NCBI GenBank assembly: GCA_036721725.1
Contig: DAIMKN010000001.1
Location: 1 to 53,662 of the forward strand
Direction of reading: 5' to 3'
DNA length: 53,662 bases
Source: Actinomycetota bacterium
GTDB lineage: Bacteria; Actinomycetota; UBA4738
Numbering within the stretch: the stretch's first letter is position 1; each line of letters opens with the position of its first letter. The notes beneath the pieces were generated by a model. The model did not search any database, was not told where the DNA came from, and saw only the letters and a program-made list of their open reading frames with translations. The translations under genes and the position numbers were made by a program. Below, one piece after another: positions 8,305 through 16,244 of the stretch.

Positions 8305-10632
8305 TCAGCGGCTGAGGCGTTCGATCCTGAACATCCCGAACAGGCGTCGGGGCCTGCCCGCCGAACGACGGAGCTGCGAGGACACCTGTCGCGAGGCCAC
8401 GACCGCCTGGCGGGCCTGTTCGGGTGACAAGGCCACGTCCGAGTAGGCGGCCCGGACCGCGAGCGAAGTCAGCTGGTCGAACGCCTCGGCCAGCGATCCC
8501 ACCCGCGCGGTGATCCGGGCCCGGTACTCCTGGAACGTCTCGTGGAGCCGGCGCCCCAGGCCGAGGTCCGAGGCCTGCTCGCCGGCCACGCGGTAGGCCG
8601 CGAGGACGGTGTCGTTGGCGCCCTTGGCCCGGGCCAGCGTCCACCGCCGCCGGACCACCTTGCCCGTCGGCACGGCCACGATCAGCAGCATGGTCAGCAG
8701 CAGCACCGACAGGAGCAGGACGAAGCGCCAGTCGATCCCGGGCGGCGGCGCCGGAGGCGGAGCGAACGACGGCGGCTTGACGCCCTGATGCTCGGAGTTG
8801 TCGAACAACTGGTTGCCGTGATGACCGGCCAGGCCGCCCTTGCCGATCTTGCCGGAGAGCGGGGGGGCCACGGCGGGACAGCCGCGGCGTTTCAGGTCGG
8901 CACAGCTGACCCCGTTCAACCCTCCGATCGGGACGATGGACGACGGAGGCTGGATGTAGGGGAGGTCGAGTGAGTTCGTTCGGGTGGGCGTCGGTTCGAA
9001 CGCCAACCAGCCGTAGCCGGGGAACATGACCTCGACCCACGCGTGAGCATTCCCCGCCGACACCGTGTAGCTGTTCGTCTTGGGGTCGTACGCACCGGGA
9101 GTGAAGCCCACGGCCACCCGGGCGGGGATGCCGAGTGCCCGCAGCAGCACCGCCATGGTCCCGGCGAACTGCTCGCAATAGCCCTTGTGCGACGTGGTCA
9201 GGAAGTACAGGACGTGGTTGATGTCGTGACCCGGGGCCACGTGCTGGCTGTACTGGAACAGGCTGCTGGTGAGGTAGTCCTGGATGGCCAGGATCTTGCG
9301 GTAGACGGTCTTCTTCCCGTCGGTGAGCTTGTGGGCGATCTGGTAGATCTCCTTCGGCGTGTCCGGCGGGAGCTGCGTCTCGACATCCAGGGCCGGGGCC
9401 AGGAGGGGGTTGGTCGCGTCGAGGTCGGCGGGTGAGGGCACGACCTCGAGCGACGTCACGTCGTAGGAGTAGCCGGGGTACGTTCCGTCCGGCGCCACCA
9501 GCGCTCCGTGTTCGGGATCGAACCGCAGCGAGCCCTTCCCGGACACCCGGATGGGGTCATACGCCGCGGGGAGCCACAGCTGGCTCAGCCGGTCGAAGTC
9601 GAAGTGGGACGTCACCTGCCGTGACACCGTGCTCACGGTTGCCGGATCGATGCCCGTGCCGAGCGACAGGCTGGCATGCTCCGGGATGGGCTGGCCGGAA
9701 GAGCCGTCCAGCGCCGAACTCGTCCACTGCCGTCCGTTGAACTGGTCGAGCGCCAGGAACCGCCAGTACGACGCCACCGCCGTTCGCACCGTGAACAGCC
9801 TGACGTTCGGATTGGTGAGCAGGGCCGGACGGATGTCGACGATGGGATCGATCGACACGCGCAGCGGATTGTGGTCGCCGTTCACCGCCAGGAGTCCGGG
9901 CGAACGGAACCCTGGCAGGACCCACGGAGCGAAGGCCGCGACGGCCAGACAGGCCGCGCCGAGGCGGCGGGCGGCCCGGCCGGTGGCCGCCGACCCCACC
10001 AACCGGCGGCGGCGTTCGTGCCACAGCGACACCGGACCCCATTGACCGATGCGACGAAGGCCGTCGGCGAACAGCACCGCGAGCGACGACGCCAGGAACG
10101 GCACCGCGTAGCCGTACCGCGCGCCGTCGCCGAGGAGGATGGAGGCGAACGCCAGCAGGGCGGCCGGTGGGAGCAGGGCCAGGATGGGCGTTCGAGCCCG
10201 AACGGCCAGGGCGTGCGCCGCGAACGCCGCCGCCCACACGGCCGACAGCGCCGCCAGGATCAGCGGCTTCAGGGGCAGGGCCGGTGCGACCTGCGCGTTC
10301 GCCGCGTGGTTCACCAGCTTGAGGGCCAGGCGCAGGGCTCGCCACGTGGCCAGCGTGGGGACGCCAAGGCGGGTGGTCTCCGGGAAGATCAGGATCGCCA
10401 CGGCCACGGCGAGCCCGGCCGCGCTGGCGAGGGCGGCGATCAGGATGTGGCGGCGTTCGGTCAGCCAGGCCAGGCCGAGCGCGACGAGGCCCGCCAGGAC
10501 CAGACGCCCCGTGGTCCCGCGGCCCTGGAACACCCGGCCGAAGCCGAGGGCCCCCACCGTGATGACGGTGGCGAGCGCGCCTAGGAGGACGTACCGACTG
10601 GCTGCAGTCTGCTGATCCTGCTCCGTCGCCAC
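8305..10632 (-). CDS. Transglutaminase-like membrane protein (TgpA / DUF3488-type)
   Basis: ORF track 8305..10677. Multi-TM N-terminus, then the transglutaminase core GYCEQFAGTMAVLLRALGIPARVAVGF...NAHAWVEVMFPGYGWLAFEPTP (Cys-His-Asp). The start is uncertain. I chose GTG 10632, which keeps the first hydrophobic helix and overlaps the DUF58 gene by 52 nt. Confidence 0.8.
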   Translation of the reverse strand: MATEQDQQTAASRYVLLGALATVITVGALGFGRVFQGRGTTGRLVLAGLVALGLAWLTERRHILIAALASAAGLAVAVAILIFPETTRLGVPTLATWRALRLALKLVNHAANAQVAPALPLKPLILAALSAVWAAAFAAHALAVRARTPILALLPPAALLAFASILLGDGARYGYAVPFLASSLAVLFADGLRRIGQWGPVSLWHERRRRLVGSAATGRAARRLGAACLAVAAFAPWVLPGFRSPGLLAVNGDHNPLRVSIDPIVDIRPALLTNPNVRLFTVRTAVASYWRFLALDQFNGRQWTSSALDGSSGQPIPEHASLSLGTGIDPATVSTVSRQVTSHFDFDRLSQLWLPAAYDPIRVSGKGSLRFDPEHGALVAPDGTYPGYSYDVTSLEVVPSPADLDATNPLLAPALDVETQLPPDTPKEIYQIAHKLTDGKKTVYRKILAIQDYLTSSLFQYSQHVAPGHDINHVLYFLTTSHKGYCEQFAGTMAVLLRALGIPARVAVGFTPGAYDPKTNSYTVSAGNAHAWVEVMFPGYGWLAFEPTPTRTNSLDLPYIQPPSSIVPIGGLNGVSCADLKRRGCPAVAPPLSGKIGKGGLAGHHGNQLFDNSEHQGVKPPSFAPPPAPPPGIDWRFVLLLSVLLLTMLLIVAVPTGKVVRRRWTLARAKGANDTVLAAYRVAGEQASDLGLGRRLHETFQEYRARITARVGSLAEAFDQLTSLAVRAAYSDVALSPEQARQAVVASRQVSSQLRRSAGRPRRLFGMFRIERLSR

Positions 10633-11819
10633 GATTCGGCCAACCCCCCTTCCGGCTGGATGATGTGGACCTCCCACCCCGCGCGTTGCAGGGCGGCCCG
10701 GGCCCGGGCGATGCGTGTCTCCATCTCGTTCCTGGCGTCGGGAGACAGGGTGGACAAGGAGACGGGCGTGACGAACACCCCGAGCTTGCGACCGAACGCC
10801 GAGCCCGTCTTGATGATGACGCCGAGCTCGGCCGGCGTGGGCGGGGAGCTCACGAAGGCCAGCGTCGTGTCGGCCAGCGCCGACGAACGCATCGCAAGGA
10901 GCGCCTCCGTCAGCGTTCGGGTCTTGGCGTGGGTGGCCGAGGCCAGGATCTCGAGCAGGTCTTCCTCCGACACCAGGTCCGGGCGCCGGTCGACCGAGGC
11001 GAACCGCATGGCCAGGCCTGTTCGGCCCATGCTGAGCGCGATGGATGCCGCCGCCGACACGCCGCGTTCGAACGCCGGCGAGCCCCGGTGGCCGAGCGCC
11101 GCGGCGCGGTTGTCCAGGAACACCACGGCCGCCGAGCGCCTCGTCGCCTCGTCCTGGCGGATCATCAGCTCGCCGGTCCGGGCCACGCTCGGCCAGTGGA
11201 TCCGCCGAAGGTCGTCGCCGGTGACGTAGGACCGCATGGTGTAGAAGTCCGCGGCCGAACGGTACAGCTGGCGAACGGCCGACTCACCCGTGCCGGCACC
11301 CCGGGAGACCAGCGGACGGCCTTCGAGCTCCTCGACCTGCGGGTAGACGACCAGTTCGTTCTCCACGCCGTAGGTCATCCGCGTCCGGGCCAGGCCGAAC
11401 GGATCGCTCAGGAAGACCGCGAGCGGCCCGAGCGTGTAGCGACCCCGGTGCCGGCACGACAGCGTGTAGGAGGCGCTTTGCTGATTCCGGGGCGGGATGC
11501 CGGCCATCACCAATCGGGCCGGCCGGCCCAAGCTCGCCGGAACCCCGTCCTCCAGCAGCAGGAACGACGTGGTCGTGCGGCCGAGGTTCTCCAGCGTGAG
11601 CGTCACGGTGACGCGACTCCCGGCGAACATCCGAACGGCCGACAGGTGGCGATGCATCTCCAGGCGGACCTTCGACCAGCGAACGAAACCGATGGCGAGG
11701 ATGGGAAGGACGGTGATGCCGGCCGCCAGGATGTGAAGGTCCGGGGAGCCCGTGAACCGAGCAGCGACCCACACTGCCAGCCCCGCGGCGAACGCCGACC
11801 ATCCCCGCCGGGTGGGCAT
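10581..11819 (-). CDS. DUF58 domain protein (MoxR-associated, VWA-like)
   Basis: These are the last 412 codons of the 697-aa ORF 10581..12674, starting MPTRRGWSAFAAGLAV. The DFYTMRSYVTGDDLRRIHWPSVARTGELMIRQ motif is typical of DUF58. Its ATG overlaps the moxR stop (ATGA at 11819). Confidence 0.85.
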   Translation of the reverse strand: MPTRRGWSAFAAGLAVWVAARFTGSPDLHILAAGITVLPILAIGFVRWSKVRLEMHRHLSAVRMFAGSRVTVTLTLENLGRTTTSFLLLEDGVPASLGRPARLVMAGIPPRNQQSASYTLSCRHRGRYTLGPLAVFLSDPFGLARTRMTYGVENELVVYPQVEELEGRPLVSRGAGTGESAVRQLYRSAADFYTMRSYVTGDDLRRIHWPSVARTGELMIRQDEATRRSAAVVFLDNRAAALGHRGSPAFERGVSAAASIALSMGRTGLAMRFASVDRRPDLVSEEDLLEILASATHAKTRTLTEALLAMRSSALADTTLAFVSSPPTPAELGVIIKTGSAFGRKLGVFVTPVSLSTLSPDARNEMETRIARARAALQRAGWEVHIIQPEGGLAESWRRSRISRLQPVGTSS

Positions 11820-12823
11820 CAGGCGGTGCCGCGAACCGGCACCGGCACCTCGCGGAGCAGTTCGGCCAGCACCGCGCCGGCCGTCCGGCCGTTCATGGCT
11901 GCGTCGGCCGCCACGATCATGCGGTGCGCCATGACCGGGACCACCAGCTCCTTGATGTCGTCCGGGATGACGTAGTCGCGTCCCTCGAACGCGGCCATGG
12001 CCCGGGCCGCCCGCAGCAGCATGATCGAGGCGCGCGGACTGGCCCCCAGATACACGTCGGGGTGCTTGCGGGTGGCGCCGGAGATCTCCACGATGTAACG
12101 GCGCAGGGACTGGGCCACGTGGACGGTTCGGGCCATCATGATCATCTCGGCAACGCCGGGAGCGTCGGTGACCGAGCTGATGGTCTCCAGAGTGGAGGAG
12201 ATCCCGTGGCTCTCCAGGATCGACGCCTCCGCGTCCGGGCCCGGGTAGCCGATGGACAGCCGCATCATGAACCGGTCGAGCTGGGCTTCCGGGAGGGGAT
12301 AGGTGCCCTCGTGTTCGATGGGGTTCTGGGTGGCGATGACCATGAACGGCATCCCCAGCTGGTAGGTCACGGTGTCGATGGTGACCTGGCGCTCCTCCAT
12401 GCTCTCGAGCAGCGCCGACTGCGTCTTGGGGCTGGCCCGGTTGATCTCGTCGCCCAGCACGATGTTCGCGAAGATGGCCCCCGGCTTGAATTCGAAATCG
12501 CCGCGCTCCTGGTTGAACACGTTCACGCCGGTGATGTCCGTGGGGAGCAGGTCGGGGGTGAACTGGATGCGGCGGAACGAACAGTCGATCGAACGAGCCA
12601 TGGACTTCGCCAGCATGGTCTTGCCGACCCCGGGGACGTCCTCGATCAGCAGGTGGCCCTCGGCGATGAGACACACCATGGCGAGCTGGACCTCGGGAGC
12701 CTTGCCCTGGATGACGCGTTGAACGTTGTCGGCGACCGCGTGGAAGGACCTGGAGAACCGCTCCCAGTCCTGGGGGTCCCTACGCTCCGCCACGCTGCCT
12801 CCGGATCCGATGGATTCACTCAT
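11819..12823 (-). CDS. moxR: MoxR-family AAA+ ATPase
   Basis: ORF track 11819..13033, trimmed to ATG 12823 (MSESIGSGG). Walker A EDVPGVGKT, Walker B ANIVLGDEINRASPKTQSALLE, and FMVIATQNPIEHEGTYPLPEAQLDRF. Confidence 0.9.
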   Translation of the reverse strand: MSESIGSGGSVAERRDPQDWERFSRSFHAVADNVQRVIQGKAPEVQLAMVCLIAEGHLLIEDVPGVGKTMLAKSMARSIDCSFRRIQFTPDLLPTDITGVNVFNQERGDFEFKPGAIFANIVLGDEINRASPKTQSALLESMEERQVTIDTVTYQLGMPFMVIATQNPIEHEGTYPLPEAQLDRFMMRLSIGYPGPDAEASILESHGISSTLETISSVTDAPGVAEMIMMARTVHVAQSLRRYIVEISGATRKHPDVYLGASPRASIMLLRAARAMAAFEGRDYVIPDDIKELVVPVMAHRMIVAADAAMNGRTAGAVLAELLREVPVPVRGTA

Positions 12824-13169
12824 AGTACCGAGGTGTACGCATGGGAAGGCCCTCCGGTCTTGGGCGAAGCAGGTGCGGTCGTGGAAGGAGACGTTCGCTG
12901 GTGCGAACCGGTTCCCGCACGAGGTGAGTATGGGACCGACCCGCCGGCCGGCGTCGATGCGTTCGGCGCCCCGCGCGGCCCCTGTGCGTGGGCCCGTCCC
13001 GGCCTTTCGGCCAGGTCGGTCCCGGGCGTCCATCCCCGGTCGGCGGGTCGGTCCCGGCGTTAAATTACACGGATGGGATTCGTTCGGTCAACTCGGGGGT
13101 TCGCTGCGCCGTCGGCGGCCCGGTCCGAAGTTTTGTAGGTCGCACCCGTATACTCCACCTCGATCGAAA

Positions 13170-13649
13170 GTGGGGAGAGCCCTCGTTCTCAACGCGACAC
13201 ATGAGCCGCTCGCGATCGTGCCGGCTCGCCGAGCCGTGGTACTCGTCCTCAAACACAAGGCCGAGGTCCTGGCGACGAACGGCATCGTGTTCCGGTCCGA
13301 ACACCTCGAGGTGACCGCTCCCTCCGTCATCAAGCTCCGCTACTTCGTGAAGGTCCCGTACCGGGCCCGGGCGGCGCTGACCCGCCGCGCCGTGTTCGCC
13401 CGGGACGGTTGGGCGTGCCAGTACTGCGGCCGTCCGGCGGAGAACCTCGACCACGTCATCCCGCGTTCGAAGGGCGGGGAGCACGTGTGGGAGAACGTCG
13501 TGGCGGCCTGCCGGCGGTGCAACAGTCGCAAGGAAAACCGTCTGGTCCACGAGAAGGGGATGAAGCTCATCCACGAGCCGTTCGTCCCCCCGGACGGGTT
13601 CCGCCTGTCCATCGGCCGCCTCGAACCCGAATGGGATGCCTACCTTTAG
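13170..13649 (+). CDS. HNH endonuclease (small, conserved actinobacterial type)
   Basis: In frame within ORF 12726..13649. GTG 13170 gives VGRALVLNATHEPLAIV, like homolog N-termini. HNH/zinc motif CQYCGRPAENLDHVIPRSKGGEHVWENVVAACRRCNSRK. TATACT lies at 13149-13154, just upstream. Confidence 0.85.
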   Translation: MGRALVLNATHEPLAIVPARRAVVLVLKHKAEVLATNGIVFRSEHLEVTAPSVIKLRYFVKVPYRARAALTRRAVFARDGWACQYCGRPAENLDHVIPRSKGGEHVWENVVAACRRCNSRKENRLVHEKGMKLIHEPFVPPDGFRLSIGRLEPEWDAYL

Positions 13650-13682
13650 CCAGCGCGACATCGACCCGCGAGACGTCGACTC

Positions 13683-14045
13683 TTGGCGGACGAGCGTGCC
13701 ATGACCGATCTGCAAGTTGCGCTTGCCAGGGTTGAGCAGCTGCTCGGTCGGCTCTCGGAGCAGCTGGGCATCGAACTGGCCATCGATGAGGCTGCCACTC
13801 GTGAAGAGCCGTCGTGTTGGGTGTTCTTCTACAACTCCCGGGCATACATCGAGACGGGATCCTTCAGCCATGCTTTGGCTGGCAACGGTCCGATTGTCGT
13901 CGACAAGGACACCGGCGCGCTACACGAGCTCGTGACAGCGCGATCGGTGGACGAGCAACTTGAGGAACTCCGAGGTGCTGGATGGGCCGGGTCAGGTCAT
14001 CCGCGACGCCCGCAGTCGAAGCATGAAGCTTTGACCCGGCTGTGA
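13683..14045 (+). CDS. YrhB / Imm35-like immunity-family protein (hypothetical)
   Basis: ORF track, 120 aa; an alternative ATG is at 13701. CWVFFYNSRAYIETGSFSHALAGNGPIVVDKDTG resembles the YrhB/Imm35 pattern as I remember it. My hand count gives about 62% GC against about 70% in the flanks, and many A/T-ending codons. Confidence 0.6.
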   Translation: MADERAMTDLQVALARVEQLLGRLSEQLGIELAIDEAATREEPSCWVFFYNSRAYIETGSFSHALAGNGPIVVDKDTGALHELVTARSVDEQLEELRGAGWAGSGHPRRPQSKHEALTRL

Positions 14046-14180
14046 GGTTTAGCCGGGCCAAGCCCAGCTAAAGGTTCGTTCGGCGTTCGGCTCGGTGGAA
14101 GACGCGCGAGCTTGAGCGCACTTCGGCGTGCCCGCTCTCCAAAAAAGTTGGGCGGATGTGCCCGTTTCGGGGGTCGAAAC

Positions 14181-14210
14181 TTGACTTGAGTGGAATGTAG
14201 GTGGCTAAAT
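14181..14210 (+). promoter_or_regulatory. Candidate dcw promoter (Pmra): TTGACT-18 nt-CTAAAT
   Basis: TTGACT at 14181-14186 and an A/T-rich -10-like CTAAAT at 14205-14210, about 35 nt upstream of the mraZ start. Pattern match only. Confidence 0.4.
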
Positions 14211-14224
14211 GTGGCACGTAGTGG
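14190..14224 (+). promoter_or_regulatory. Array of four GTGG(A/C) direct repeats at 10-11 bp spacing (putative MraZ operator)
   Basis: GTGGA at 14190, GTGGC at 14201, GTGGC at 14211 and GTGGA at 14221. The helical-phase spacing overlaps the candidate -10 and transcription-start region. It resembles the repeat operators described for MraZ autoregulation of the mra promoter. Confidence 0.55.
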
Positions 14225-14243
14225 AGGAGAAAGGGCAGGACGC

Positions 14244-14678
14244 GTGGCTGAGCTGCTTGGGCAGCACCGGTACCAGCTCGACGCGAAAGGCCGGATCGCG
14301 CTCCCGGGGAAGTTCCGGGACGCGTTCGCCGACGGCCTGTACTTGACGCTGGGCCAGGACGGCCCGCTGTACGGGTTCCCTCGCCAGGAGTTCCTGCGGC
14401 GAGCCCAGGAGGTGCAGTCCAAGCCGATCGACAGCGCACAGGGACGAGCGTACGCCCGGATGTTCTTCCACACCGCAGAGGAGGTGGAGCTGGACAAGCA
14501 GGGCCGGCTGGTGATCCCGGCGCGGTTGCGGCAGGCCATCGGGCTCGAGCGCGAGGCCGTGGTGATCGGCGTCTACGACCGCATGGAGGTGTGGTCGACG
14601 CCGAACTGGGACGCCTACCAGCAGCTGTACGGACCGTCCTACTCCAGCGGGCAGATGGGCATGGAGGGCAGGCAGTGA
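14244..14678 (+). CDS. mraZ: Transcriptional regulator MraZ
   Basis: ORF track 14190..14678. GTG 14244 gives VAELLGQHRYQLDAKGRIALPGKFR, parallel to the MFLGTY..KLD.KGR N-terminus of MraZ. The second DxxGR repeat is ELDKQGRLVIPARLR. Confidence 0.9.
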   Translation: MAELLGQHRYQLDAKGRIALPGKFRDAFADGLYLTLGQDGPLYGFPRQEFLRRAQEVQSKPIDSAQGRAYARMFFHTAEEVELDKQGRLVIPARLRQAIGLEREAVVIGVYDRMEVWSTPNWDAYQQLYGPSYSSGQMGMEGRQ

Positions 14679-14726
14679 TCAGGTCGCCGCTCGAGTGGGC
14701 GGAGCTACGAGTGAAGGAGGACGCGG

Positions 14727-14843
14727 GTGAACGAGCAGTTGACGTCGGAGGTCCGAGCGACCTTCGTGCTGTTGGGACTGATGGCGGCGGTCGTGGGTCT
14801 GCCGGTGGTATTCGGCCTGCTGGCGATGCGGCTCTTTGGATAG
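14727..14843 (+). CDS. Candidate 38-aa single-pass membrane peptide (not in the ORF track)
   Basis: GAAGGAGG (14713-14720), then a 6-nt spacer, then GTG 14727. Translation: VNEQLTSEVRATFVLLGLMAAVVGLPVVFGLLAMRLFG, stop TAG at 14841-14843. The stop overlaps the rsmH TTG start (TTGGATAG). Polar N-terminus followed by one hydrophobic helix. Confidence 0.4.
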   Translation: MNEQLTSEVRATFVLLGLMAAVVGLPVVFGLLAMRLFG

Positions 14844-15729
14844 CGCCGGGGGCGGACCGGCCCACCGTCCCGTCCTGGCTCTCGAGGTGGTCGAGCTCCT
14901 CGCGGGGAAGGCGCTGGTGATCGACGCGACGCTCGGCGCCGGCGGCCACGCCGAAGCGCTGCTGGAAGGCGGCGTGGGCACCGTGCTGGGCATCGACCGC
15001 GACCCTTACGCCCTGACGATGGCAGGCGAACGCTTGGCCCGGTTCGGCGCCCGCTTCCGGCCGCTCCGTTCGACCTTCTCCAGGCTGGCCGAGGCGGCGG
15101 CCTCTGCCGGCGTGGAGGAGGCCGACGGGGTGTTGTTCGACCTGGGCGTGTCGTCCATGCAGCTCGATCAGGCCGCACGCGGCTTCACCTACCGGGGAGA
15201 CGGTCCCCTGGACATGCGGATGGCGTCGGGCGCGGACGACGACGGGCCGACGGCCGCCGATGTGGTGAACGGTTACCCGCAGGAGGAGTTGGCCCGCGTC
15301 ATCTTCACCTACGGCGAGGAACGTCACTCGCGGCGGATCGCGGCGGCCATCGTTCGGGCCAGGAACCGTGCTCCACTCTCATCCACCGGCGAACTCGCCG
15401 CCATCGTGGCCGGCGCCGTGCCCAAGCGACGGGGCGGAGGGCATCCGGCTCGCCGAACGTTCCAGGCGCTCCGCATCGAGGTCAACCAGGAACTTGAGGA
15501 GCTGGCCGCCTGCCTTCCCCAGGCGGCCAGCCTCCTCACCTCCGGCGGAAGGCTGGTGGTCATCGCCTACCACTCGCTGGAGGACCGCATCGTCAAACGC
15601 TTCCTCCTGGCGTCGAACGACCTCACCTCGCTCACCAAGAAGCCCGTTCGTCCTTCCGAACGCGAGTCCGCGTCGAACCCGCGTTCGCGCAGCGCCCGCC
15701 TCCGGGCTGCGGAGAAGGTGGTGGCGTGA
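14836..15729 (+). CDS. rsmH: 16S rRNA (cytosine1402-N4)-methyltransferase RsmH (MraW)
   Basis: ORF track, 297 aa. HRPVLALEVVELL, DATLGAGGHAEALL, FDLGVSSMQLD, and YHSLEDRIVK near the C-terminus. Confidence 0.9.
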   Translation: MDSAGGGPAHRPVLALEVVELLAGKALVIDATLGAGGHAEALLEGGVGTVLGIDRDPYALTMAGERLARFGARFRPLRSTFSRLAEAAASAGVEEADGVLFDLGVSSMQLDQAARGFTYRGDGPLDMRMASGADDDGPTAADVVNGYPQEELARVIFTYGEERHSRRIAAAIVRARNRAPLSSTGELAAIVAGAVPKRRGGGHPARRTFQALRIEVNQELEELAACLPQAASLLTSGGRLVVIAYHSLEDRIVKRFLLASNDLTSLTKKPVRPSERESASNPRSRSARLRAAEKVVA

Positions 15730-16244
15730 GTACGGCTCCGAACCCTCGAACGCCCGCCCGCAAGGCACCGGCGCGCAAGGCCGGGGCCGGCAAGCGCGCG
15801 GCGGACCGGAAGGCGCCGCAGGCGAAGAAAGCGGGGGTCCGTTCGAAGCGCCGCCCCGCGGCGCGTCGGCGTCCACGCCTGCGCGTGGTGGAAGCCCCCA
15901 AGCGCATGAGCGCCGTGTTCTTCGCGCTGTCGTTCCTGCTGGTCGGGGTGATGGTGACCGGCATCGTCAGCCTCCAGGCGATGGTGTCGCAGACTTCGTT
16001 CCGCATGGGCAAGCTGACGAAGCAGGCGGCCACACTGAACGCGCAGTACGGCCAGCTGAAGCTCTCCGTCGCCGAGCTGTCGGCGCCCGAGCGCATCGCT
16101 CACGAAGCCCGCCGGATGGGGTTGGTGCTGCCGCAGCAGGTGGAGATCGTGACGGTCCCGGCGCCGCTCCGCCGGGGGGCGCCGGGGCCGAACACCGGCG
16201 TGCCGTCGTTCGCGTTGAAGGGGCTGATCGGAGACGAGCCGTGA
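15726..16244 (+). CDS. ftsL: FtsL-like cell division protein with a long basic N-terminal tail
   Basis: ORF track, 172 aa. The GTG start overlaps the rsmH stop (GTGA). A Lys/Arg-rich tail of about 60 aa is followed by one TM helix (AVFFALSFLLVGVMVTGIV) and a coiled-coil. It occupies the canonical position between rsmH and ftsI. Confidence 0.75.
   Translation: MSTAPNPRTPARKAPARKAGAGKRAADRKAPQAKKAGVRSKRRPAARRRPRLRVVEAPKRMSAVFFALSFLLVGVMVTGIVSLQAMVSQTSFRMGKLTKQAATLNAQYGQLKLSVAELSAPERIAHEARRMGLVLPQQVEIVTVPAPLRRGAPGPNTGVPSFALKGLIGDEP

Noticed and set aside
10581-12674. A 697-aa ORF spanning DUF58 and most of moxR.
   Set aside because: Only the last 412 codons (from ATG 11819) look like a protein (DUF58). 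The upstream part is an out-of-frame read through moxR with an Arg/Pro/Gly/His-rich composition.
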